A stretch of DNA of 63,747 bases, counting the filler, from Octopus bimaculoides (Eukaryota): assembly GCF_001194135.2 (NCBI RefSeq). It is 5 parts of 4 records of this genome, joined end to end, with 100 filler letters (N's around TTAATTAATTAA, not from the genome) between each part and the next. Parts side by side here need not be neighbours in the genome. Positions count along the whole stretch, not along the records: positions 1 to 23,153 come from NC_068982.1; positions 23,254 to 31,677 come from NC_068986.1; 3 more parts are not named here. One strand, written 5' to 3'. The notes under the pieces are model-generated. The model had not been told where the DNA came from. It searched no databases and worked only from the letters and a program-made list of their open reading frames with translations. Made by a program: the position numbers and the translations under genes. The first letter of the stretch is position 1, and each line of letters begins with the position of its first letter. Positions 11,691 through 25,679 of this stretch are shown piece after piece.

Positions 11691-12009
11691 ACATTGCAAA
11701 TAAACTTCCTTTGTATCCTACACAATACACACCAACACAGAAATACTTCGGTAACTTGAATTACTAAGAGTAATAACTCTTCTTCAGATATCAAGTTCTG
11801 TAACACTTAACTATCGTAACTACGCAGCAAATAATCTCTCAATTCCCTTCCAGCCGTCAGCCTATCAAAAGCCCAACAAAACCCCACTTCGGTGAATAAA
11901 ATATAAACACTTTTATAAACCTTCAAAAAAACAAAAGAGAAAAATAACCCGATGAAGCTATTTTCACAAAGAAAATTAATTAGTTTCTACAACTTCAACA
12001 AGGTGCCAT

Positions 12010-12176
12010 CGCTGTGTGCTTTAAGAAGTTCGCTTAGCAACCACGTGGTTTTGGGGTTCAGTGCCACTGTTCGGCATTCTCGACAAGAATCTTCTTCTAG
12101 AGGCCGGACCGACCAATGTCTTGTAAGTGAGTTTGATAGATAGAAACTAGGTAGCGTCTCATTTGTGTGTGTGTGT

Positions 12177-12213
<37 letters not shown>

Positions 12214-12430
12214 AATGTGTGTGAACTTCTTTGTGTTTATTCTTCACGACTTGACAACCGGCGTTGGCATGTTCAAGTCACCGTAACTTATCGGTTCATC
12301 AAAAAAATGATAGAATAAGTAAGTACCAGTCGTAAAAATAAATACGATGGCAAATTGCTTTGACGAATCCAGTCATGGTGGCGCCTCAGCATAACCACAG
12401 GCTAACGACCGAAACCAGTTAAAGAGTAAA
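12010..12430 (+). mobile_element. SINE F1, degenerate near-full copy with internal (TG)n
   Basis: Head, central microsatellite and 3' part ending CCAGTTAAAGAGTAAAAGA are collinear with 33097-33480. Confidence 0.7.
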
Positions 12431-13111
12431 AGATTAACATCACAAACCGCAAGACATTCACTCAACGGGTTTCCAAAAACCGTATGCCGCAGGCAACAGA
12501 AGTGAAATATAACCCAAATCGTACAACCGAAATTGTTAATCTAATAGAAATCAAGAACAGCAGAAATACAACACATTGTCAGACACCTAAACAAGAAAAT
12601 AACAAAGAAAATAAACAAACTACAGAAAAGAAACAAAACTGGCAACCATTTGAATCTATTATGAACTCCAAGCAATCAGTAAAATACTAAACAAAGCATC
12701 AAGAAAGGAATAAGGAGCATCAACGACTGTAACAGCAGTGACGTATATTAGTTTCAAATTTTGGTACCAGACCAGCAACTTCGTGGGGTGGGGGGTAAGT
12801 CGATTACATCGACCCCAGTGCTCAATTAGTACTTATTTTATCGACCCTGAAAGGATGAAAGGCAAAGTCGACTTTGGTGGAATTTGAACTCAGAACGTAG
12901 AGACAGACGAAATGCTGTTAAGCATTTTGCCCGGCGTGTTAACGATTCTGCCAGCTCGCCACCTTTAACAGTAACATACATGTATATATAAAATACTTGT
13001 TATGCATTCAGTAGTAAGTAAACTCAAATATGAGATCCTTCCTGGAAATTAGTCACTAAAATCCACACAAAGAAATCAATAACACAAACCACATGGTCTT
13101 TTCACCTAGAT

Positions 13112-13294
13112 CAGCCATGGGAAAACTGCGGCCCATGGGCCATTCTGAATGACATGCCTAATTTCAAGAGGAAATTTCAAGTTTATTAAAAATAAACTTT
13201 AATTTTTCTTTTTTTTTTTTTTTGTAGGGCGGCCCACTTGGTGGTGAGCCATGTCTCATGCGACCAAATTCTTGGAAAATGTTGCCCATGCCTG
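13112..13294. mobile_element. hAT-type MITE, degenerate
   Basis: Termini CAGCCATGGGAAAACTGCGGCCC and TGTTGCCCATGCCTG are imperfect inverted repeats of the Charlie-like type. No clean 8-bp TSD. Confidence 0.5.
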
Positions 13295-13399
13295 ATCAAC
13301 ATCATCATCAGGAACCTCGCGCTCCACCAAATACCAGGACAAACAAAAGTTTTAGACCCATTAAAAAATCACAATCATATACTTAAAATAAATGAACCC

Positions 13400-14150
13400 T
13401 AGAGTAACCATTACATTTACCAACATCTTCCACTAACACCAACTCTGCTAAATCCTCAGAAACTGGAATCTGGTGGAAAAATTATACAAATTCCTTGACC
13501 TAACAGAAACCATGCCAAAGCACCATAATATAGACCCGTTCTTATATGTAAACTCTAAAGACCCTAGAAAAGCTCATCCTTGATACCATTAACCTGCACC
13601 ATTATATTTCGAGTATAGATTCAGAATACTACAAGCCCCAAAAGCTAGCACAAATGATAAACACCTCTTCAGCAGCAACGACAGAAAAACAAGCAAGCAC
13701 TATTTTCCTTGTCATCGACATCAACAATGTTTTCCACTCCGGTAATTCGCTATAAATTTCCCGGTCATTCATCATTGTTATATATAAACTAAACAGTTGA
13801 CAACGTCATAAGAAGCAACAAAAAACGTTAACCAGTAAATGATCGCCAAACTTATGCAGATGACATTTACAACGCTTTTAGTTTCTGCAACCTCTTACAG
13901 GCTATACCATATGCATCTTTTCTCTTACCCACGCTTTTTAACTTATACTAAATTCCTACATTTTTGCAAAACACACACGAGGTTCGTAGGTAGATAGAAC
14001 TACATTAACGTCTTTCTACCATTCCCCCAAGCAAAACTATTTTAACCCTACATCAACCGCAGAGAAACTTGATTGCAAAAAAGAAAAACGATTAGAAAAT
14101 AATACCTATCCAATCCATCATATCGTCTTACCAGCAACCAAAAAAGTATT
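13400..14150 (+). mobile_element. Heavily decayed LINE reverse-transcriptase remnant
   Basis: TAT GCA GAT GAC ATT (YADDI) at 13853-13867, plus an upstream LVIDINNVF-like motif in A/C-rich sequence; many stops. Confidence 0.4.
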
Positions 14151-14334
14151 ACATTTAGCGACGTAAACAAGCATCAGAGGGTAACACACTCACACACGCA
14201 CGCATGCACGCAGATATATATACATACATACATTTATATAGACTCATATATACATATATGTATATACATAAACATGTATATATGCATATATAGATACACA
14301 TATATACATATATACATACATATAGTCCAGCAAT

Positions 14335-15275
14335 TTAAGACAAGTAAATCGATTGCATTGATCCTAGTGTTCAACTGATACTTATTTTATCGACCCTTGA
14401 AAGCATGAAAGGCAAAATCGACCTCGTCAACATTTCAATTCTAAACGTTAAGCCGTAAGAAATACCGCTAAGCATTTTGTTCGGTGTGCTAACGATTCTT
14501 CCATCTCGCCGCCTGAGAGAACCAGCAAATATAATGATAGTTGAAGAACAGCAACTGTCACACGCTCATTGAGTCAACCAGTTTCGAAGAATGAGCTAGA
14601 AAGAGCTTGGATAGAGACCCTTCATACCAGTTGTGCGTACGTGAGTTATTTCAGAATGGTAAATAACAAGTGAATAGGTACTGGACCGGTACTTAGTTCT
14701 TTGACCTCAAGAGTATTGAAAGACAACGACGACTTCCGCGGAATTTGTACTTAGCATGTAAACCGGAAGAAATAAGAAATCTGGTATGTATTTTGTTTGG
14801 CGTGCCAACGATTCTGTCAGCTCGCCGTCTTGGCAGCCAGAATAATAATGGCTTCAAATTTTGACTCAAGGCCAGCAGCTTCGTGCGAAAGGGTAAGTAG
14901 ATTATGCAAATACTGCGCTGGTACTTATTTTGTCAACCCCGAAAGGATGAAAGGCAAAGTCAACCTCGGCGGAACTCAGAACATAAAGACGGATGAAACG
15001 CCGCTAAGCATTTTGCCCGGCATGTCAACGATTCTGCCTGCTCGCCACCATAACAATAATAATAATTATGGTTTCAGATTTTGGCACAAGGCCAGTAATT
15101 TCGTGGGAGTGGGTAGTTCGATTACGCCAGTGTTGTACTGCTACTTATTTTGTCGACCTCGAAAGGATGAAAAGCAAAGTCGACTTCGGCTGCATTTGGA
15201 CTCGTAAAGATGTTATGAAATGCCGCTAAGCATTTTGCCTAACGTGCTAACGACTCTGCCAGCTTACCGCCTTAG
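14335..15275 (-). mobile_element. Cluster of four F2 SINE copies in the same orientation
   Basis: Repeated ACTTATTTT.TCGACC...GGATGAAA.GCAAAGTC.AC...GAAA.GCCGCTAAGCATTTTG units. Confidence 0.8.
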
Positions 15276-15589
15276 CAACAGTCGTTGTTTCGATGTTGCT
15301 TATGTTACTACTGTTAGAACTCAAGGCATCCACAACACCAGCCAATAAGTAGTTAAAAATAATAAAAGTGACGTCAGTTACATTAGTTATATCTCAAGTA
15401 TAAACTCATACTAATTATGAAAAACTAAATTTCCGGATGGATTTGATTTTTTTTTTTTTTTTNNNNNNNNNNNNNNNNNNNNNNNNNNNNNNNNNNNGGA
15501 TTTTAATGTTTTTATGTTTCTACTTTCATGTTTCAAATTTTATGTTCCACATTCTTCGTTTCAAATTTTATGTTCAACAACTACCAGCA

Positions 15590-15668
<79 letters not shown>

Positions 15669-16280
15669 GCAATGACAAAAAGAAAATAACTGCAAAATCT
15701 ATTTTACGTAGATGGGTTAACAATGCATTTATATTTATAGTGTAGGTCATACATATTTTTAAATGTGTTAGCAAACAAGGGGTATGTGGCTGTCAAAGTA
15801 ATTAAGTTTTTATGACTACAATTTTACATATTTTCTTCGGTTTTTGTTTTTCTTTCTTTGCTTTTGATTTTTCTGTTTTTGTTTTTGTTCTTATCTTTCT
15901 ATTAACTGCAGTGTTTATCACTAGAACATCACAACTATTCATCCCTTGACGCCCTTTCAACAAACGGATGTGCGCTTCAACAACACGAGCATGGATTTTT
16001 TTTTTTTTTAAATGACTTTCAATTTACACCATCCAGGGTTTCGAAACTTACTTCAAAGATGTCACCGTGTAAACTCTGATCTGATGTGATATAATAATTT
16101 GTTTTTCTAAATTGAACTGCTGGCGAACTCTCTTGATGTCAGTCCCTTGAAAATCGTCCCTGATTCTATGTTACACAACATCTCGTCCTAAAATTTTTAG
16201 AAAGTTTTAAAGTATAACGCCATCTTACTAACGATATGTAAAACATTACAATGTGTATGTGTGTGTGTGTGTATAAATAA

Positions 16281-16327
<47 letters not shown>

Positions 16328-18528
16328 ANNNNNNNNNNNNNNNNNNNNNNNNNNNNNNNNNNNNNNNNNNNNNNNNNNNNNNNNNNNNNNNNNNNNNNNN
16401 NNNNNNNNNNNNNNNNNNNNNNNNNCAGTCGAATAATTTGATCATTGACACTTTATTTCATTAAGCAAGAAGGAATGAAAGAATAAGTTGATCTTGGCTG
16501 GATCTGAATTCAAAATGCAAAGAGCTGGAACAAATTCCGCAAGGTGCTTGCCTAATTTTGTTTAATGGTTTAAATGAGAAACGGCAGCTTTTATGGCCTT
16601 TAATTGAGCCTTCTGCTTGATAAAAAAAAATCGTAACGCGTAGATTTCTGCTGTAGTAATTGGAGGGCATGAGAATATTGGAGGGAATGAGACTAGATCC
16701 GAATATCGCAAGAGTGAGCTCTGCAGAAAGTACCCTGGTGGTGGTGGTAGTGGTAGTGGTGGTGGTGTTAAACCGAACCAGAATTAAGTTTACCATTTAA
16801 GAACATGTCAGTACTTCTACCATTTTACTACCGGTGCTTATACAATTTTTCACTTGTGCTTCTACCATTTTGGTACCGATACTTCTACTCTTTTTGTTAC
16901 GCCAGTTTTCTTTAACTAATTGATGAAACATTTTTAATGCTAGAAATCGTGCCATCTATTGCAAAAGTTGCGTACAAAGAATTTAAGTTCAGCAATGCCT
17001 GCTGATGACTTTCTCAATAATTACAGAATAATCATTGCCTACAAGTGCTCTATTGGTAATTGAGTGCCTTTACCAACTTTAAGAGAGAAGAATAAATTTT
17101 GAAAGACTTTGGGGTAGTAATTCTAGCAGAGCCTTCTTTGTTGACTTGCAGAATAGCATTTGTTTACTTTACATTGCAGTCCACTGTTATGTCCATCTGT
17201 AAAATCCTGGTGGCAGTTGTGCATGAATAGAGCAATCAGTGTAAAGAATACGTGCCCAGACTATTATACTTCACCCGATACGACTCGCCATTGCATATCA
17301 GAGTGTGAAGTGTGACGATTCATTTCTGCATTTTGAAGTGCGCAGTGTGATTCTCAGTTAGAAGACAGTGTGCTGCATCTAGAATCATGCACCTATGGGT
17401 TGTAATTTAATCATTTGAACCTCGACCGTGCGAGCAAAGAACCAGCGCTGACTGAGGACCATATCACCATCACAACAATAACGGGCGTCTTTATATTAAA
17501 AACAGCGTAACGCTGGTGATAGAATGTGAACCATCATTCCATCCCCTCGAGGGGTAAACCAGAACTTAATAACTCATTAACTCCAGCTAATGATAGCCAT
17601 TTCGATGTTGATGTTTTAATCACTAATTGTTCAGTTGTCATTTTGGTGTGTGGGTTTCGGTGAGTATGATGTTTACGAACATATTTTCTGTCAGACTGCA
17701 GATTAATCTATATTCCAGGAATCTATACGAAATATATCCTAAGTGCTCATATTTAATGGCAAACAGCAGCATCTATAGAGCATTGCAAACAGATTTCCCA
17801 CGACTATCTTCCTTTCGTGGGCCAGGTTGTTTCTGACCTTGGCACGATTAAAGCAAAAAAAAAAAATGAAATGCAAGGGGTTTTCTCTGTTCTCAAATGA
17901 CACCATTCTTACAGTATATAAAATATAAAAAGAGACATAACAAAAATAAAAGCGACTGCAGATTGAAATGGATAGAAGGGGAGAAGACGACAGCGAAAAA
18001 TAAAACATTCTGATAATGTTACCCTTTGTTTAAAGCGAAAAGATACCAAAGAACCACCCACTGACATTAGCAAACCACGCATTGGTTGCATCAGTTTCTG
18101 ATATCTGAAGAGGCTAAAATTTTCCTTTTTCTATATCGCCAACTCATCTAAATGAATTTGCAATGCCAAATAAGCATCACCTCACCCTCCCAACTTCTCT
18201 CTCTTTCTCTCTTTCTCTCTCTCTATCTCACTCACTCCCCACTCTCTCTCTCTATCTCAATCGGTCTCGCTTTCTCACCCTCTTATGCAAATATACATAA
18301 TATACATACATACATATACATATATATGTATGTATGTATATATGTGTGTATATATATATGTATATATATACATATATGTATGTACACATGCATATGCTTA
18401 TATATCATTTGTATTTATTATATGTATATGTATACGAATATATATATACACATGTATAAACAAATATATATACATATATAAATATCTACATATATATACG
18501 TATGTATATATGCACATATATACATACG

Positions 18529-18559
<31 letters not shown>

Positions 18560-21500
18560 GCATATACACTCATATATACATGCATATACATACACAAACA
18601 CACACACACACACACACACAAAATGACGTTCGTAGAGGCGTGAAACTCGAGTTGCAAGAAAAAAATTCATTTTAAATAAACCATGTATTGTACGACGTGT
18701 TCAGTTTTTCTTTCCTCGTTGGTTTACAATACATAGATACATACATACGTACATACATATATACATACATACATAAAGATTATATATATATATATATATA
18801 CTACCAATGATGGTGTGAAATTAGGAATATCAGTTGCTTTTCACATAATGATAACAATACAATGTATACGATGAGAGCATAGCATACTACTCCTGATGAT
18901 AGCATGCAACATCTGTGTGGAAGCATGTAATATCTGATAATAGTACGAAACCTCTGATGATAGCATAGAGAACCTGTTGATAGCATATAGCGTTTGATGC
19001 TAGTATGAATTACGTTGTGGCAGCATGAAACATGTTGTTAATGATAATGATAATGATAATGACCTTGTTGTTGTAGTTGTTGTGGCTGCTGCTGCTGCTG
19101 CTGCTGTATTTGGGGCAGCGAGCTGGTTAGAATCGTTGGCGCATCAAGCAGAATGCTTAACGGCGTTTCACCTGGCCTTATGTTCTGGTTTCAAATTCCT
19201 CCGAGTTCGACTTTGTCTTTCATATTTTCGTGGTTGATAAAGTAAGTACCAGTCGAGCACTGGCGTCGATGTTATTGACTAGCCCCTTCAGGCCTTGTGC
19301 CAAAAAGTGAAAGATTTAATAGGGTGGCCAGCAGACAGAATTGTTACTGCACCGGACAAAATGCTTAACAGCATTTCTTTCGGTTTTACGTTCTGAGCTC
19401 AAATTCTGCCAAGGTCAGTTTTCTTTTCCTTTCATCCTTTCCAAATCGATAAAATATGCATCAGTTGAGCACCGGGGTTGATGTCAACGTCGAACCTTCA
19501 CTACAAAATTTCAGACCTTGTGCCTATAGTAGAAAGGGTTATTATTGTTGTAGTTTGGAACTAAGTGGGCCTCGTCTAATTAATGACTTGTCCAGAAGAC
19601 GTATCACCAAACGTACATGAATGTACTTTCTTTTCCTTTATTAAAACGCTAAATTGTGTATTAAAGGAGATTTGGGTACTATTTCTAGCAGGTTGTTCAA
19701 GACACTAGGCGGTTTTTTCGTTGTCTATCCGCTGGTATGAAATTTGAGAGTAAAATGTTACATCTGGCAGTTAAATGTTATGTTGTAATATTCTACAGCT
19801 AATAGTGGGGGAAAAAACTGCAAGATAATAACAAAATGTTAACGCTACAGCTGGTTGTTAGATGCATGATCTAATTGTAAAATTATTACATACGACACTA
19901 TACAACACATATCAGAGTAATAAGGAACATCTGATGATCAGATGCCAGATTCAATGGTTATATTATATGTAAATGGAAAAGGAAACCAAAGATAAGACTG
20001 AAACATACTGTTTACGTTTTATATCTTTTATCGTTCATTTTCTTTTTTTTTTTTTTTTCATCTTCCACTTTCTTCAGTCATTGGACAGTGGTCATGCTTG
20101 GGCCACCACCTTGAAGGGTTTTAGTCGAACAAATATTCATTCTTGTACTTATTTTTTCAGATCTAGTACTTATTCTATCGGCCTCTTTTGCTGAACTGCT
20201 AGATTATGGAGACGTAAACCAACCAACACTGGTTGCCAAATAGAGGGAGATTTACAAACACAAATAAAAAGACTCACGCACACACGCACATACACACACA
20301 CACACAGGTGCACACTCACACATACACGCACACATACATATACGATGGGCTTCCACACCTTTTCCGTTGTCCAAATTCACTTACAAGGCATTGGTTGGTC
20401 CAGGTCTCTAGTACTGCACACAGGAACTGAACCTGCACCTGAAACCATGTAGCTCCAAAGAGAGCTTCTTAACTATACTCTTTACTCTTTTACTTGTTTC
20501 AGTCATTTGACTGTGGCCATTCTGGAGCACCGCCTTTAGTCAAGCAAATCGATCCCGGGACTTATTATTTCTAAACCTACTACTTATTCTATCGGTGTCT
20601 TTTGCCGAACCGCTAGGTGACGGGGCCATAAACACACCAGCATCGGTTGTCAAGCAATGGTAGGGGGACAAACACAGACACANNNNNNNNNNNNNNNNNN
20701 NNNNNNNNNNNNNNNNNNNNNNNNNNNNNNNNNNNNNNNNNNNNNNNNNNNNNNNNNNNNNNNNNNNNNNNNNNNNNNNNNNNNNNNNNNNNNNNNNNNN
20801 NNNNNNNNNNNNNNNNNNNNNNNNNNNNNNNNNNNNNNNNNNNNNNNTATATATATATATATATATTTGTAATGGATCTGCATTTTTGAAATAAATGAAA
20901 AGTAAAATAACATCTCAAATGGAGATCTTTCAAACTGTAATGTTACGGATCAGTAAAATAAACAACGTGCAAAGAATATGGAATGAAGGCAAGTTGTATG
21001 CTTTGTGTTCGCAACATAGTTTAATTCTTAGTTGCTGAATAGACCTGTCATTTCTGATTGTAGTTTGCAGTCTGCGGGAGGATAAAAGCCAACGAGTTAA
21101 TAGTACTTCAATAAGAAAGCACTTCAAGAAATAATCTTAGTAACCAAGTGGTTTAGGTTTCGATCCCACTGCGTGGGTGTGGTAGAGTTATAACGGTTAC
21201 TTCATGTTCTTTGGAATATTCTTCCTCGTACATTTTACCCCTCTCGTTTGACTGTATTGACAGATAGATAGATCGAGAGAAGGGGATTTTAAAGCTCTAC
21301 AGAAAAGATAATTTGTGTTTAGCACACCAATTTGGACAGTTATTATTTTTATAAGAATGGGATGGATCATATCTGAAAACAACTTCAGGAGTTGTGAAGA
21401 ACGTATTTGTACGTGGTCTGTTTCTGAGAGCTATTCTATTCTAATCATTAAAACATTGATTTAATGATCCAGCATTAAGTGCTGCAACATACATTTGCTG

Positions 21501-22929
21501 ATCTTGAGAAAATCTCAACTAACTTCTCTCTTCAGACTCTCGCCTTCGGTTTTCTACAATCCTCCTTGCTTTATACTTGTTTGTGGAGAGATTACGTCTT
21601 TTCTTTGGTGGCATACTTTTTCCAATATTGTAAACAAAAAATGATGAACATACAAAGAAATTATACATTGATCCCTATTTTTGTAAGCAGTTGTATCCGT
21701 TAAAATTTATTTGAAGAGAGAAATTGAAAGAAGAGAAAGTGAAAATAACAGACAAAGAAAGTGAAAGATGTATGTACGTCTATATGAAATGGACGTGTGT
21801 GTGTGTGTGTGTGTACGTGCGTGCGTGCGTGCGTGCGCGTGTGTATATGAAAGAGAAGGAGGGTGAGAAAGAGAGATAGAGTGGGTGAGTGAAGGTGTGT
21901 GTCGCGATGATTGATGTCTTTTAAGGTACACACACACAGAAAATGTCATCGCATAAGATGTTTACGATAGTTGATTTATGGAAAAGATTACGTAAAATTT
22001 TTGAAATGCAAATATGTGAATGGAAATTAAGTTTAATTTGTATCCGAAATAGTACTGAATCATGTGATACCCCATACGNNNNNNNNNNNNNNNNNNNNNN
22101 NNNNNNNNNNNNNNATATATATATAGGACAGTATCTCACATTACAATAGAGACGCAATACTGAAATAGTCTTGCATTAGGCAAGAAGTTAGAAATTGTTT
22201 ATGCTCAGGACACTGCATGGACCTTGGCTTTTGTATCTGACGCCTGTTGCTTTAAGTATTTTATTTCGATTTTATGTATATGTGTATGTATAAGCCAATG
22301 AGGGAGACCTCTACATGGTAGCTAGACCTGGTAGAAATAGCAGCCAAATCCCCCTCAAAACACCCTACTGTCTTAAACCGACATTTCTGACTATTATATA
22401 GTTTGAATGGGAAACTGTAACTAAAGATTAAGATTATTAACCCCAAAATTATACACGTTTTAATAGCAATCATTTTTTTCTCTTTTTTGCTTAATTAGTA
22501 GTTTTTCATATTAGATGTAAAGGTGAAGAGGGTTAACTTGGACGGTGTTAAGTAGTGGAGATGTTTGGTGATTGTATGTAGTGGTTACTTTTAGTTGTTT
22601 CTTCTCAATAAGGATAACTGATTGATAACGAATCTTAACACAATATATATACAACTTCAAGTGGAATTGGACGTCATAAGAGAGACAGTATAGCGACGGT
22701 TTTGGCTGACTGTCCTGTACTCCCCTTGTTGCTAGCGAAATGGTATGTGCCAGCTGTCTGAGCAACTGGTTGATTTTAATGGCGGAACAAACAGGACAAA
22801 AAGATTANNNNNNNNNNAGCTGTCTGAGCAACTGGTTGATTTTAATGGCGGAACAAACAGGACAAAAAGATTACAAAAATAGCGATTCTCACCTTGAAAC
22901 TAACTATTTTGAGAATCTTTTTAGATTAC

Positions 22930-23045
22930 AAAACGCCCCGCTCTCTCATGTTTAAAATTTCAGTGCGATCGGATGAACAATATACGAGTTATAAGCGCAC
23001 AAACAGACAGACAGACAGACAGAACGGATTTTATATATTAAGACA
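22930..23045 (+). mobile_element. Non-autonomous Helitron/Helentron-like (DINE-1/HINE-type) 3' end
   Basis: AAAATTTCAG..CGATCGG...(CAGA)n...TTTTATATATTAAGA architecture; related pieces at 51560-52200 and 52430-52570. Confidence 0.45.
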
Positions 23046-23253
23046 TATATATATATATATGGTGCATCAGCATGGCCGCAGCTCTGAGCTGAAACTTTGA
23101 AATGAAAAAAATACATAAATATATACACATATATGTACACACACAATTACGCGNNNNNNNNNNNNNNNNNNNNNNNNNNNNNNNNNNNNNNNNNNNNTTA
23201 ATTAATTAANNNNNNNNNNNNNNNNNNNNNNNNNNNNNNNNNNNNNNNNNNNN

Positions 23254-23622
23254 GGTTAGGGCAGCGGACTCGCGGTCATAGGATCGCGGTTTCGATTCCC
23301 AGACCGGGCGTTGTGAGTGTTTATTGAGCGAAAACACCTAAAGCTCCACGAGGCTCAAGCAGAGGTTAGTGGCGAACCCTGCTGTACTCTTTCACCACAA
23401 CTTTCTCTCACTCTTACTTCCTGTTTCTGTTGTGCCTGTAATTCAAAGGGTCAGCCTTGTCACACTGTGTCACGCTGAATATCCTAGAGAACTACGTTAA
23501 GAGTACACGTGTCTGTGGAGTGCTCAGCCACTTGCACGTTAATCTCACGAGCAGGTTGTTCCGTTGATCGGATCAACTGGAACCCTCGACGTCGTAAGCG
23601 ACGGAGTGCCAACAACAACAAT
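23254..23622 (+). mobile_element. tRNA-derived SINE family F3, near full length, (AAC)n tail
   Basis: GGTTAGGGCAGCGGACTCGCGG...GGTTTCGATTCCC (B box) ...GACGGAGTGCC(AAC)n. A reverse copy lies at 52855-53195 and an isolated 3' end at 1811-1830. Confidence 0.85.
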
Positions 23623-23834
23623 AATTTCCACTACATGAACACACTCACTAGCGAGGCTCATGATTTCGTAATTAATGTAATTTTCCTATGTCTTCTGATT
23701 AACTATTGTTCTATTTCCTTGATTAGGCTGTACTTTATGCGAAGAGATCTTCCTGCACTCAAACGTTCTTTTCTAAGGAGGGATTCTTCTGCTATCTAGA
23801 ACAGTAAAAGAAAATAACATTCGGTAGCAAGCTG

Positions 23835-24030
23835 TTGTTGTTGTTTAACTCCAGGTCTTCCCTCATTGAGCAGAACTACAATGGGTGGTATTCTACCCAT
23901 GACCATCCCGTTCCTTTCTTGCAGATATTGTGTATCTAATCTACATTATTCAATGCCTCTTTTCATGTTTAAAACGGTGCAGGTGTAAACGGGGGAATCT
24001 TAACTGCTATTTCTAGCAAGTCGAGCAAAC
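23835..24030. repeat. Interspersed repeat family F5, unclassified and SINE-like
   Basis: Motif GGAGATTTGGCTGCTATTTCTAGCAGG shared with about 19660-19720, 22290-22385 (reverse) and 35685-35885. Confidence 0.55.
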
Positions 24031-24648
24031 TGCGCCAACTTCCCAAAGTAGTTCCACATTCGGTAGATCATCGATTGATGTCTCCCGCACAAAGAACAGT
24101 TTTTGTCGATCTTTGCGAATTTGGGACGGATTATTATATTAAAACTTTTGAGGTGGTATGATAACGAAACAGTTTATCAAATTCATGAAAACCTTAACTG
24201 TAAGAGATTACTAAAAAGATTTTCATCGCAGATTAGTCATTCTAAATAAAGGAAGTTTGGAGAAAAAGTTAGCAGTGATTGATGGGTCTTTTCACGGAAT
24301 AGTGAAAGCCATTCCTCTGAAAGGCGGCTGGGTGCTTTAGGAAAAGATGACTGGAAGGTCTGTTTAATAGAATATTAGGAGAAAATTGTACGCATGTGTA
24401 TGTCAGTGTTTATAAATTCAAGTATGTTTATTCTTGTGTATAAATGTATATATCATTCCTGTTCAGGCATGTTGTATGTGTTGTTCGCTTCAGTTTCTGT
24501 TCGCTTTCAGTCGTTAGACAACAGTCATTCAGAGCTTTAGTTAATCCTATCAATCCAAGAACTTCTTTTAAATGAGTTCTTTGTTTATTGATTTCTGTTC
24601 ATCGATCATAACGACACAAAATAACCAACAGCAATTGTAGACATTGTA

Positions 24649-25485
24649 TGCCTGCTCTGATCAATAAGTATCCGGACTGTTGTCATAGTAACGAAACTAA
24701 AGCACACAAAGTAAAGCAGCTCGGCACAGATTGACCTTAAACTTTGCTGAGCATGCATACTAAGTTTTAACGTTCTAGCTCACTTCAGCTGTTTACAGCA
24801 GTGCTTGGAAGGAAGGTGTGTAGTGTGTGATTGTCGCATTGCCCATGACAGAGAAAGTTGAGCAGAGAATCTGCATCAAATTTTGTCAAATTATGCGAAG
24901 GGAAGCCCACGCAAAGTTTCCAAAAAATTTTCATCGTTCTCGACACAATCAAGATTTTCTGCAACTGAAACCCTTTTTGGTCAGCTGAAAGCCGTTTTTG
25001 GCACAAACTTGGTAGACAATGGACTGAACTGAACCGTAACTAATCTGCGCATCCTCTGATAACTCATGGATGGTGATTCAACGATTTCCCCTCACACTGC
25101 AATGTTTTTCTCAGTTCTGCTGGTTGTGGGTCTCTCAGAACGTTCGTCAATATCGACATTTTTTTGGCCATCTTGGAAACGTCTGAACCCCTTGTACACT
25201 CGTGTGCGGCTCATATACTCCTCTCCTTTTACTGTCTCCAACTTTGCGTAGGCCCCTGGGCAGGTATCGCCATGACATCTTTCTCTGTCATGGTCAATGT
25301 GACGATCACACGCTACACACATTACTTCCAAACACTACTATAAACAGCGGAAGTAAGCTAGAGCGTTAAACCTTAGCGCGCATGCTCAGCAAAATTTAAG
25401 GTCAATTTGTGCCAAGCGGCTTCACTCTGCTTGCTTTAGCTTCGTTATTATAACAACAGTCCAGTAACTTATTGATCAGACCTCT
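24649..25485. mobile_element. Mariner derivative made of two 5' ends in inverted orientation
   Basis: The left arm (+) runs from the TIR to MTEKVEQRICIKFCQ. The right arm (-) runs from the TIR through the HTH (AYAKLETVKGEEYMSRTRVYKGFRRFQDGQKNVDIDERSERPTTSRT) to ENFLETL. TIR GAGGTCTGATCAATAAG. Confidence 0.8.
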
Positions 25486-25679
25486 TACACACACATACAC
25501 ACACATACACACACATACACACACACATACACACATAGAGAACTGCACGTGTGAACACATGATCGTCTCATTCAGGTGTGAAATGTAATTAAGCGAATCA
25601 AGGCACATTTTTACTTGCATTCACAGCTATTTTTGTTTACTCACCCGTGAAAAGGCTTTTGTTAGAAACTTTAGACTAC

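Noticed and set aside
17160-17560. Strong-looking acceptor TTTACTTTACATTGCAG followed by unique sequence
   Set aside because: All frames close within about 46 codons and nothing is recognisable; it could be a last exon or UTR but is unsupported.
18870-19015. Degenerate ~20-bp repeats containing CTGATGATAGCAT
   Set aside because: Old minisatellite; CUGAUGA occurs without a pairing stem and GAAA.
22752-22874. Exact direct duplications flanking 10-N gaps (also about 35176-35324 and 57443-57575)
   Set aside because: Unmerged contig overlaps, not tandem duplications.
23197-23209. TTAATTAATTAA islands inside N-runs (also at about 31722, 54393, 59546)
   Set aside because: An identical 12-mer with stops in all six frames, centred in ~100-bp gaps: an assembly gap marker, not biology.
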